Positions 38,440 to 50,248 of a stretch of 64,000 nucleotides of DNA are shown here, piece by piece. Under the pieces are notes generated by a model, which saw nothing but the letters and a program-made list of their open reading frames with translations, did not search any database and was not told the DNA's origin. The position numbers and the translations under genes were made by a program. Every line of letters starts with the position of its first letter. The first letter of the stretch is position 1. The DNA comes from Camelus dromedarius (lineage: Eukaryota): positions 8,620,001 through 8,684,000 of the forward strand of contig NC_087445.1 in assembly GCF_036321535.1 (NCBI RefSeq), given 5' to 3'.

Positions 38440-40750
38440 AAACATGATAAATATTGTTAAAGTGCCAATATTAGAATAGCTGTGTAAAATCCCACCTGTT
38501 CGATGGATCATAAATTTTAGAAACATGAACTTGAAATATATCAAGAAGGAAACTTGACATACTTTTTTGATGGAGAGTCTTTGAAGTATAAGATTAAATA
38601 GAGAGCAGTTTTTTTAACCACAAAATAATTCCTCAGTGAAGAGGTAGATACCTTAGATGCAAGCCATTTGTAAGTGTCTCATTTCACAAGTTGATTTATG
38701 TTTATTGCAATTCTAATCAAAATCCCAATTTATATAGAAGTGTAAAATTTCAAGAAAGCCTAGATAAGGCAGAAGGGCTTTCCCTATCAATTTTCAAAAT
38801 GTATGATAGTGTTACAATGATTAAGACAGTGTATTATTAGTGCAGAGCTAGTTAAACCAGAGTAAAGGAACAAGAAATAGATCCATGAATTTATGCATAC
38901 TTAATGAATATAAGTCTTTAATAAATGATGCTCCAGCAATTAGATACCTATATGGAAAAAATGCTATTGGACTGTACAAAGACAGTAGGTGCATGCAGAT
39001 CTAAATGGGAGCTGCAGGCTTTTGCAGGGTAACATAGAAGAATACCTTTATTAACTTGGAGATGTAGAAAGATATTTTAAACAAGACAAAAAATCTGTAT
39101 GGTAAGGAAAGTGATAAATCCAACTACAGTAAAACTCAGTGTTTCTGATCATGAGAAAATACCATAAAGGGTTAAAAGCCAAAGAATCGGAGAAAATATT
39201 TTATAATACACGTGACTAATACAGGATTTGCATGTGGAACATTTTCAAATGTTGATTTTTTTAAAAAAGAGAAACCAATAGAAATAAGGACCAAATATTT
39301 GAATGGATACTTCACAAAAGAGTAAATCTAAATGATCAGTAAAAATAGGTTAAAATACTCCGCTTCAAAAGTAAATCAAATTTAAAATCACAACCACCAG
39401 ATTGTCAAACATTAAAAATTAGGATGTAAAGCAATGGAAAATTTCATAAGCTGTACATAATATGCAAATTGGTATAACAACTTTGGGAAACAGTTTAGCA
39501 TCTCCTAGTAAATTTAATGACATGCGTAACTTGTAACATAGCAGTTTCATTCCTGAGAGTGCATCCTAGAGAAATATATACCCATATATTAGGAGACATA
39601 TATAGAGATGTTCCCAGCAGCATTTTTGCACTAGATAAAAACTTGAAACAGCTCAAATCCATCAATAGTAAACTGGATAACTAACTTGCAGACTTTTCAT
39701 ACAATGGCACTTATATAATGGAGTAATTAATAAAAGTGAATGGAGTAGAGTAACATGCAACAACACAAATAAATTTTACAATGAAAATATGCAATAAAAG
39801 ATTCCAGCCACTAAACTCTAATTCAAAAAATACATGCACCCCAATGTTCATATCAGTACTATATACAATATCCAGAACATGGAAGCAACCTAAATGTCCA
39901 CTGACAGATAACTAGATAAAGAAGATGTAGTATATTTACACCATGGAATACTACTCAACCATAAAAAAGAATAAAGTTAAAAGAAAAAAAAAGAATAAAG
40001 TAATGCCATTTGCAGCAACGTGGTTGGACCTGGAGATCGTCATTCTAAGTGAAGTAAGCCAGAAAGAGAAAGAAAAATACCATATGATATCACTTATTTG
40101 TGGAAACGATAAAAAGAAAAAAAAGGGCACTAATGAACTCATCTGTGAAACAGAAACAGACTTGCAGACGTAGTAAACAATCTTATGATTACTGGGGGAA
40201 AGAGGGTGGGAAGGGATAAATTTGGGAGTCTGAGATTTGCAAAGGTTAGCCACTATATATAAAAATAGATAAAAAACAAATTTCTTCTAGCACAGGGAAC
40301 TATATTCAATATCTTGTAATAACCTTTAATGAAAAAGAATATGAAAATGAACATATGTATGTATGTGCATGACTGGGACATTGTACTGTACACCAGAATT
40401 TGACCCATGTAACTGACTGTACTTCAGTTAAAAATAAGAGTCCAGCCACTGGAGAATACATACATTTATCTAAAATTTAAAATGTGAAAAACTAAACCGT
40501 ATCATTTGGGGATGCTTCTTTGGGTTAAAACCAAAAAGAAGAGCAAGGAAGTTATTAATGAGAGTTATGACACTAGTTACCTCACTGGGAGAGTGAAGGG
40601 ACTTGGTAGGGAGTTGGATGTAGAGGGTATCAGGTGTACAGGAAATGTTCCATCTGTGACTGCATGGTGGTCTCAGAGTGGCTACTTAATTTAATATTCA
40701 TCATTTAGCTTTCATGTACTATTCTGTGTATATTTCATCAAAAAAGAAAA
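38440..40750 (+). mobile_element. Ancient L1ME/L1MC ORF2 3' part and 3'UTR, interrupted by a young L1
   Basis: gcaattctaatcaaaatccca, ttaagacagtgtattattagtgcag, ataaatgatgctccagcaattagatacc, aattggtataacaactttgggaaacagttt are collinear old-L1 landmarks. Confidence 0.75.
39813..40435 (+). mobile_element. 5'-truncated lineage-recent L1
   Basis: MEYYSTIKKN...MPFAATWLDLEIVILSEVSQKEKEKYHMISLICG; 15-bp TSD aaga(t/g)tccagccact at 39798-39812 and 40436-40450. Confidence 0.95.
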
Positions 40751-40779
40751 GAAAAAGAACAAATAGGGAAAATTTTTAT

Positions 40780-42200
40780 TGCTTACTAATTCCTGGAAGA
40801 GTTTAAATTCCATGGGAATTATCTGTTCTCTGAAGAAGTGATACATTCATTCATGCACGTCTCTGGACTTCAATTTTCTTTTAAAAGCAATTATTTGATA
40901 ATGTCACCTTTTCTTTTTGCTCATAGGTATTGATCTACTTAGGTGTCTACTTCTTGAAATGATTATTTTTTGCATTTTCCAGGAAAGCTATTTTCAGGGG
41001 TGATGTTTCCATTATAACCAGAAAGTTGTTCAGCGACACTCACCTATTTTAGACTTTCTGTATGGGTGCGTGGTTGCTGTCTTTTGGCCATTCCTCTGGG
41101 CTGCTACTTACATATCTAACATTCCCTCTATTGACAGGAATTTCCAGTTTCTGCTACTACAGATATTGTTGTGAGAAACCTCTTTGCACATATATCTTCA
41201 ATTATTTGTGTCTTCATTTCTGTACATTTTGCTAGATTTTTCAATTCACACAATGACTGGTAATGTATGAATGTATCCATTTCCCTACGTCCTCTCTGAA
41301 TATTAACATTGTTGTGTATTTTAGTTTTGCCAGTTTGATGGGTAAAAAGTCTAATTATCATTTTATGATTAGTGTTTTCCTATCAGCAAGCCTAAAACTC
41401 TTTTTTCATATAAACTTATTGTCTATCTGTTTCCACCATTTACGTTTCCCCTCACGTGAATTTGTTTCACCCATTTTTTTCTTGGATTTGTTTATCTTTT
41501 TACTATGAATTTTCAGTTTGGTCAACAGGAATATTAACTCTTAGTCTACATGCATGTTACAAAAATTTCCCTACCATATCAGCTGGGTTTTTTTTTTTTT
41601 TTTGATGTCATGTTTCATATCGTTTGCTATGGAAGATTGTTTTGTTTTATCTATTAAGATACTTCTGTTCTTTCTTTTAAGACTTTGGGTTTTCTTCCTT
41701 TCTTAAGAAAGTTTCACTCATTCTAAAGCATGCAAAGTTTACTTGCTGCTGCATCTGTGTCTGTTCCTGTATCCATATCTACATCTGTATCTATCTGGAA
41801 TTTATTTCTCTTTGTGTTGTGACAGGCGGTATATTCTCTTTTTTTAATATTTAAATATTTCCTCTTGTTTAGCATTTTCATGGGTGTTTTTGTATCCATG
41901 TGGCCTATCTCTTTTGCTGATTGTGCTAGAGCAGATATAATGAAGCATTTAAAAGTGTGGTCTTTGAAGTCATTTTGGCCCAGCTACTTGTTTGGTATGT
42001 GAATGAGCACAAATCAACTAATTTTCTTTTTTCAAATCCATCAGCCTTGCTTTATCTTTTAGATTTTTTTCCTATTAAAATTTTCTTTAATTGCACACCT
42101 AGATAAAATTTCTTCCATGCCAATAATGCATTTAATGATCTGTTTTTTCCCCACTGATTTTTGCCTTTACTGGAACCATAGTTTTTGATATGTAGCATTA
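40780..42200 (-). mobile_element. Ancient L1ME fragments (mosaic)
   Basis: T-rich antisense L1 landmarks (tttccagtttctgctactacagatattgttgtgagaaacc, ttttgccagtttgatgggtaaaaag, tttcacccatttttt). Confidence 0.6.
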
Positions 42201-42217
42201 TCCTGATCCTATTTCTA

Positions 42218-42438
42218 AGAGATTTGCAAATGTTAGCCACTATATATAAATAGAATTAAAAAAAAAAAAGACTTCTTCTGTATAACACAGGAACTATATT
42301 CAGTATCTTGTAATAACCTTTAATGAAAAAGGATTTGAAAATGAATAGATGTATATATATATTTATGACTGGGACACTGTGCTGTACACCAGAAATTGAC
42401 ACACTGTAACTGACAATACTTCAACTTAGAAAAAAAAG
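42218..42438 (+). mobile_element. Short lineage-recent L1 3'UTR
   Basis: gagatttgcaaatgttagccactatatata...tgactgggacactgtgctgtacaccagaaattgacac; same subtype as 39813-40435. Confidence 0.9.
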
Positions 42439-43688
42439 AATTCTGTGATTGCCCTTTTGATATCTTTTAGAGAAAAGAGTTTTATAGGAGAATAATTCTT
42501 ATACCAATGCTTGAGTATTTTTAAATTTTATAAATAAATAAATAAATGCATGTTAATGTCATTGCCTTAACCTCAGTGTTTAATACCTGGTTTGGAGGAA
42601 TCACTGAGCTGTTCTCTCTTGCCTAATATGTGATTGCTTTCTATAAATGCTCCGTGGGCATTAGAAAATAACCTACTTTCCAAATCCCCTTGTGGTTTGT
42701 AATGTTTCATAGAGTTTATTGGCCAGATTTGTATTTATCATCCACATCCTCATAACCTTAATGCTTTATCCCTCAGAGAGTTAGAAAGATATATTAAATC
42801 TTCTGACTACTATTGTAGAAAAATTTACAGATTTTGGTTTTTTAATTTATATTGTCTTTACCATTATAATGTATAGCCATTTCATAGCCAAAGGAACATT
42901 TCTTTCTGGTTAGGAGAATTCTAAACCCTGGGATTCCAAATGCTGTTGCATACCACAATGTTATAATTTTACAATGTTTTACCCCATAATAGAACAACAA
43001 GAAAATCATTAAACTTAAAAAAATTTTAATCTTTGGCCCTGTAGAGAAGTTGACTATTACAAATTACACAAGGCTGAACTTCCAAGAAAGGCATCAGTCC
43101 ATGAAATTAAATTATGCATTTTGAAGGTGCTCTGTCTAATACTGACAGATACTAATTGAAGAAATAATTGTCTGGATTTTTTAAAAAGACTCTTTTATCT
43201 CTTTTGTTCAACAGGCTGGTTCAAAATTCCTAAACTGACTTCTACAATGAACCAAAATACCTTTATTTTCTCTCTCAAATGAAGACTAGCATACAAACAA
43301 CTGGAACCATGTCCATTTCAATTAAACTTGGAATTCTATAAAGATTCAATTATATATTTCAATAAATGCCCTGGAATTAGGGAACTGTCATGTTGAAATT
43401 ACATTACAACCGTATTTCTCAAATTATGATTTTTATTCCTCGGGGAATCATGATAATAGACCAAGGAGTACGTTAAGCAGCTGTATTGTGGAATACCTTC
43501 ATGAAGCATCAGTTATGTTCAGAAATACAGTGGAAGTGAAGGGGCTGTGGGTAGACAACTGTGAGAATTAAGTAATGCATCTAGCTGGTTACAAATATTT
43601 TTATGTTAAATATATTTCTATTTGTGAACCCAAAACAAAACTTGAATGAAAATATTCTCAGTTTTTACACATAATAAATATTCAAATA

Positions 43689-43888
43689 CAGCTGACCCTT
43701 GAAAAACGGGGGTTAGTAGCACTGACTGGCTGAGTGGTGGAAAAGCCTTGTATAATTTATAGTTCTCTCCTTATCCATAGCTTCAACCAGCCTCGGATTA
43801 TGTGATACTATGATATTTACTGTTGAAAACAAATCTACGTGTAAGTGGAACCGCGCAGTTCAAATCCATGCTTTTCAAGGGTCAGCTG
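43689..43888. mobile_element. Tigger1-derived MITE (200 bp)
   Basis: Perfect 17-bp terminal inverted repeats cagctgacccttgaaaa / ttttcaagggtcagctg with TA on both sides; gtaagtggaaccgcgcagttcaaatccatg is the Tigger1 end. Confidence 0.92.
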
Positions 43889-44239
43889 TAATAGAAAAGC
43901 GTGTGTGAAGTGTAAATACCCTTCTCACCCGCAAATTCTCTTTCTCCAGTCCTTTTCCCCAGTGCAGTGGGTTTTGTAATTCTGCTGCTCACTGCTACCC
44001 AGGAGTTGTCTTAATTCCCAGTGCAGGACTGTCTGATAAAGCTGGAATGAAGCAAATAGGTATCACACATACATGAGAGCTGTTTGCTTTGTGTATTTCT
44101 CTTGGATCAGGTATTTATGAAACATTCTCTTTAGTTCTAATAGTTTTTTCTTTTTTTCAGTCATCTCTCTTAGATTTTCTAAGTGATCATATTATCTGCA
44201 AATAAATATAATACCTTATTTTTTCCCAAATTTATAACT

Positions 44240-44290
44240 TTTTTTTTCATAATTAGGTTTGTTTGTTTGTTTGTTTGTTTGTTTGTTTGT

Positions 44291-44337
<47 letters not shown>

Positions 44338-44400
44338 TTTTAATGGAGTTGCTGGGTATGGAACCCAGGACATCACAGATGTGAGGCATGCACCCTACCC
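44240..44400 (-). mobile_element. 5'-truncated camelid tRNA-derived SINE (Vic-1-like), inside old L1 sequence
   Basis: taattaggttt...taatggagttgctgggtatggaacccaggacatcacagatgtgaggcatgcaccctacc. Confidence 0.8.
44257..44340. repeat. Compound microsatellite (GTTT)9(ATTT)12 in the SINE tail
   Basis: Counted directly from the sequence. Confidence 0.97.
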
Positions 44401-45404
44401 CAATATATACCTTTTTATTTTTTTCATTTTCTTGTTTAAGCTGATGTTATCAATAATAGTTATTCATAATGTGGTTATGTTTTTTGTTTTGTTCTACTAA
44501 AATTGGTTAAAAATGCTTTAAGAATTTCTGCATTAAGTATGATGACAGGTTACTTTTGTTGTGTTAAGGAAATATTCTACTATTTATATTTTATACACAA
44601 TGTGAATTAAATTTTACAGGATGATTTTGGCATTGACTAAGATAACATAATTTTCTTTTTTGACCTATTTTATACGAATGAATTCCATTTTGTGTAGCAG
44701 AATCTACCCCTCAACTTTTTGACATAACTATCACAGAAATGCTTTCACAGTTGTGAACAAGTAGATAACTTTCATCTTAATATCTCTTTGTTCATTTCAG
44801 TCATTTGTAGGGGGGGATTGAGTTACAGTCTTGCTCTAATTATGCCATCTTTTCCATAAACTAACGTATATATTTTAGTAATAAAAGAAAGGCTCAGTGA
44901 ACAATATATTTTTCAGTGGTTTTATAATTAGGATATAGATGCAGAAGGATTTTTTTTTTCTGATATATTCTATCAAGAGCTTACAAAGCTAACTTAAATG
45001 CTAGACTTTTTGGTGAAACATGCAAGTATAAATGTTAAATATTTGTTTATGTAAATAGAATTAGTAAGACAAATAACTATTTTCATATGGGTGGACAAGG
45101 GCTGTATCATCTAAGACTGAGACAAAATTGTCTCCCAATGTTATACTGCATTTTTTATTACTGTGGGTATTAGTGACACAGTAAAAAGCTATCATAATTT
45201 GTCACGTATTTGTAACAGAGGAAAATAGTAAACTTTAAGCTCGTTTTATAGTTCCTTCTTTGAATGTTCACTGCAAAATCTCTTTCAGGACCAGGTATTT
45301 GTGTGTTTTTGGAATCTAATTATTATTTAACGTCTAAATATTACTGTGCAGAAGGGTTAGATTTGACAGCCCTTAAATCTCATAGTCTAATGTTTGAAAA
45401 TGGA

Positions 45405-46170
45405 GTTCCTCGTGCGGAGGATGTTCGGGGCCCACTCTGGTTTTGAGGACACGGCAGCAAACTGCCAATTATTGTGGGCCCTCCCATCTCCATTCCCTCC
45501 GTGCCATCGATCCACCCTCTGTGCAGCCGTCTGTCTTAAAAAGGAGTGAATGACAGCAGCAGCCTGTTTGGCAAGAATTGACAAACCACCGACTCTGACC
45601 TCCTTCCACTGCTAAGTGATGGGACTGGAGCTGTGTAAGAAGCCGGAGCTTGGCCAGGCGCAATCTGAAAAAGGCACTTGATCCCCGAGGAAAAGATGCA
45701 GGGACCGCATTATTTCAGTGAATGTTTATGAAAAGCAGTATTCTCTAAAGCAAAACTAGAAAAAGTCTTGGCTGAGCTAAGTATTCATTACGTGGAAGAG
45801 AATGATTAAGGAACCAAATGGAGATTAAAAGATAAAAATATTCGGAAGTAAAGACTTGACCCTTTACAAAGGAAGCTGGGCGGCAAGGGCAGCCTTCGTT
45901 CTGTGGACCCGTGTAATTAACACACGTCGCTCAGCTCACGTAAGGAATGCACCGGCCTGGTTACCGCCTAGCCGGAGGGTCACCCTGGGATCTCTGGCAA
46001 GCCAATTGAATGCCTCCGTATAAAAAACACTCCGCGATTACATTGCATACAAGGATTTTTCAACTTGACGATGAAAAAAAAAAAAAATTCTCTCCGCGTT
46101 GCAAAAGAAACCGTTACTGTGGAGAAGGTATAATTACCCTGAATGGATAAGCTCAGAGTGCGGTAGGGTG
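45405..46170. promoter_or_regulatory. CpG-enriched unique element; candidate promoter or enhancer
   Basis: About 31 CpG in ~750 bp versus about 4 in the preceding 700 bp (manual count); CCAAT at 46002, TATAAAA at 46019; no recognisable repeat. Confidence 0.45.
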
Positions 46171-48582
46171 ATTTAATTCTTGGAGTGTACAGTTTGGTGA
46201 AGTGGAAAGAGAATTTGTTCACAAGAACTATTCCTGCCCCCCTCTTCCCCCACCGTGCTGGCTGGGCTACTGGATGGAACCCCTGGTGTCAAGGCAGTTA
46301 TACTAGGTGTTTCTTGTGTGACCTTCACCAGGTTGCTTCTCTCCTGTTAGTTGATCTAAAAGAAGGGTGTTCAGATTGCACAGAAGTATAAAAAGAAGTG
46401 TCTGAAAGAAATGGTCCCACTCACTCTGTCCATGCTCTTGGCAGACATGATTGTTCAAATATGACATCTCGTGCTGAGCCCAGATGAATGTTCTCAGAAT
46501 CCTCCAAGCTTCCACAACCTCTGTCAATAGGTTGTTAATGAACAAACAGAAGCAAAGCAACCAAACTTCCTAGCCTGAGACAAATCAAATGAACAGTCAC
46601 TTTGTTGAATTCTACTCACAAAATAAATGAAATCATCAAGTGTTCTCATAAGTTACCGACTTCCTAACAAAAGCATCTCTGTCCCTCATTTTTGTGATGC
46701 TCAGATCTTCTTGGATATAATAATTGTGTGAGAGCATTGTTCTTTTTTCTACCAGGGGCAGATGAACTATAAATTTGATAACCTGGTAAATTTGCAGATT
46801 AAAAAATATTTTTCAATTTAATGAGCTAGTTTCTCTGAAATCTGGCTCCCTTATTAAGCCATCTTTCTGAGTAAATGACTTCTTACCTGAATGTTTTTGC
46901 CTCTGAATCTTCCTCCCATAGGAGTTGAAACATGAAATGATATCTAGCTGTTATATTTGGACCAGAAGGATCAGGAAGATCATTTTCTGTTCAGAAAGTC
47001 TAGGATCATGCTCCTTATCTAGTAGGAAATTAGGATGATCAAGGTTCCCTTTTCTTGGTTCCCAGCTCATCCATCTCATTGCTAATAGACCCCAGGTCTG
47101 GGATAGACAAAGTTTTACTGATAGAATATTAAACATTTGGGTTTAATAAATTATATAATTTTATTGAATCAATATTTATAATAGAAACCTGGTCTTCGAA
47201 GTCTGAATAGAAGCAAGGCAGTCATAGATGTAGCTCATGGCTAAAACACTTCAGAAAAATGCACTCTGTATTCAGAACAAATATCTTCAGTGTATTCACA
47301 AGTGATGTATTTTAATATATTCACAAAAACTAAAGGAAATTGCATGGTACTTTTCCCTTCTTTTTATTAATTTAACAAATGCGAGGCAGAGTTATTCGTT
47401 GCAGCTTCATGGGACACTGCCTCTTCCTCAAGGCTCTCTTTCAATAAAATATTACGTTTATGAAAGCTTACTTGAATCACGAATTGCATGTTCACGTGAA
47501 AAACCCTTTATGATGCATAACTGTTTCCTTGTTCACTATGGGAGTAAAATATTTACACTTTGGGATGTTTAAAAAGGATGGCGGTCGCCTGCACAGCAGA
47601 GGAACAGGTGAGGAGTCCCAGGGATTGAGTCCTATGAGGAGTTAAGATACAAATTTGTCTTGAGGATTTTAGCCTGGCAGAGCCAATCTGAAGCGGGAGA
47701 AACCTGATATAAATGGGAAATGAAAAACTATGTGCATCAAGCTATGGATGTATTTAATTCTTTCGTGCATCCTGGGAAGTTAGAGGCAGAGAGGACACCA
47801 AGCAAGCATGGCTAGAGTTCAGTGGCGTGTCCCACAGGAAAGCTAGAAGAAATGCAATGGGGGAGTTCTAGATGAGTGAAACCTGTGCCTTTTGTCCTTA
47901 ATTCTTTGAGCTGAGAGTGGGTCGGCCCTAGCAGAAACGGTTTGCTTTCAGTTGCTATAGAAACAAAACAGTTCAGATGACACTGGTTGGGGAATGTGTG
48001 GATCTCACAATTATCACCCAGTGCCGAACCTGAACAAAGTCCATCAACCACTCCAGTGAGGGTCTGGAGAAAGACTTCTGGTGTGAGTCAAGAAGTGGGG
48101 GAATATCTGATGGGAAGAGAAATCCTTATACTAAGTCAGAGTGAAAACTGACACTTAGGATGGAAGGAAAGACAATTCCCCATGGACTTCTGGCTGCCTA
48201 ATGCAAGTCCTGGGTACCAACTCTGGTGCATCCTCCCCACAGGTCATCTCATAGCACGATGATCTAGGACTTGGGCTTCTTTGGAGAAGCTTCACAGGGA
48301 GTTTAACAGAATGTAGGGTGGAAGAGAGGTGAGCAAAGCAGGGGTGAGTGAAGCCTAAAGGATTGCTGGACACTGCACTGGGCGGGTAACCAGGGTGCGT
48401 ACACCGCAGACCCTCAGGTGCCTTACTTCCATGATGTACACTGTTGGGATTCAGTGTTGCCTTTTGCTCTAGACCACCCTAGTCTCAGATATGAGGGTGG
48501 TAGAAATGAAGCAAATGCAATTTCAATGCCTCCTTCAGAGTTTGACACCTCCACTCGCCTACCAAAGCCACAAACTGAAAGG

Positions 48583-48987
48583 TTTATTTTTAATTGAAGT
48601 CTATAGTCTGTTTACAATGTTGTGTTAATTTCTGGTGCACAGCACAGTGATTCAGTTATACATATATATTATTTCTTTTTATATTCCTTTTCATTATAAG
48701 TTACTCTAAGATATTGAATGTAGCCATGTGCTTTACAGAAGAAACTTGTTGTTTATCTATTTTGTATATAGTAGTTAGTATCTGCAGATCATGCTCTCCC
48801 AATTTATCCCTCCCCCGACCTTTCCCCACTGGTAACTGTATGTTTGTTTTCTATGTCTGAGTCTATTTCTGTTTTGTAAATAAGTTCATTTGTGTCTTTT
48901 TTTTTTTTTTTTTTAGATTCCACATATAAGTGATATCATATGGTGTTTTTTCCTTTCTCTTTCTGGCTTACTTTAGTTAGAATGACA
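48583..48987 (-). mobile_element. 5'-truncated lineage-recent L1 3'UTR
   Basis: tttttaattgaagt...tttacaatgttgtgttaatttctggtg...tagattccacatataagtgatatcatatgg. Confidence 0.92.
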
Positions 48988-50167
48988 AAGCTTTTGGATG
49001 TAAGCTTGTCAGTGATATTTGGTGCCTTTTGAATGTCTGGGAAAACAGATGTATTCTTTAAGTTGAACATCGTTATGGAAGGCTGCTCAACACCTCCTCA
49101 AAATTGTCACTAGAACAGGGGCAGATCCTTCGAGGGTGTGGAGGTCACTTCCACGTTCAGCTGCTTGTGATGTGGGCTGGGCGGTGGGGAGGGTGACAGT
49201 GGAGGGGTTAAATCGCGTTGCTAGTGTGCAGGAGGAGTTCGACACATTGTAGGCTGGCACCGCGCCTGGGACACAGACGGCTTAATCCATTTTTTAAAGC
49301 AGGAGTGCTGCGACATGGCCTCTCCCACCTCTCCCTAACAATCAGGCCTTTCTTGAACTGGCCAGTCCTTTATTACTCGTCTGCTCCTGACCCACTCTAT
49401 CATTTTGCTGCTACGGAACTGAAAGCGAGGACAGTATTAGAAAATGGCTTAAGCTGCAAGCCTTTTCAGAGATGCCAGTAAGGCACACTAGCAGATTTTC
49501 AAAAGATTCCTAGAAGGAAACAAGTAAATGTTGAAAGTGAATGTCCCAAAAGCAGTGGCTGCCCTGCATTGGGAACTGTCCCCAGTGGCTCCCTTTGCCC
49601 ACCTCCTACTCTTGGTGGCTGCCAGAACTCGTGGCTGATGAGCTGGAATCACGGCTTAGGTATTGTTATTTATCCCTGTCAATCAAGCTGTCCCCTTAAT
49701 TTCCTCACGTGACCTACTCTTAATGTGACTACAGAGTCTGGCTGTGTGCTTTTCCCGTTATGCTAATAGAGAATTGTTGAAGGAGAGAGGAACCAAAGGT
49801 GATGTGTTAGTTTTAAAAAATGATAGCTTTGGGAGCGAGTTTGTAAATTAACAGCTTTGCATTTGTGAGGGGAGAAAATTGATGCAGAGAAGAAGTTTCC
49901 TCAAAGGTTTATATTTAGCTTGAAACACTATGAAAAATGTTTAGAACGGAAATAGTCACATGATCTCAGATCTCCTTGAAGTCATCAGACTTTCTGCTTA
50001 GATGTGAATGTCCATAACCCTGCTGAATTCCTGATTTCTAGAGGATACAGCTAGCATCTCATCCCCCAAAAGAAACCATGGACTTGGGGCTCCTGCCTGG
50101 CTTTGGGGAGGTGGCTGATGTCTCGAGTAGCCACCTAATTACATCCAGTCCACACTGGGAGACTTTT

Positions 50168-50248
50168 TTATTTTTAGATTCAAATCAGGATTTATTTTTA
50201 AAAATTTTAGTAATTTTTTTTTAATTGAAGTACAGTCAATTACAATGA
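50168..50248 (-). mobile_element. Miniature L1 insertion: ~25 bp of L1 3' end plus an extra 3' segment, 17-bp TSD
   Basis: TSD cacactgggagactttt at 50151-50167 and 50249-50265; aattgaagtacagtcaattacaatg is the antisense L1 terminus. Confidence 0.88.

Noticed and set aside
43326..43571. 81-codon stop-free frame absent from the ORF track; considered as an endogenous viral or transposase relic
   Set aside because: No early start codon and no recognisable motif; runs of this length are expected many times across six frames of 64 kb.
44183..44500. 105-aa hydrophobic ORF (FVCL/FIYL repeats)
   Set aside because: Translation of the (GTTT)(ATTT) microsatellite.
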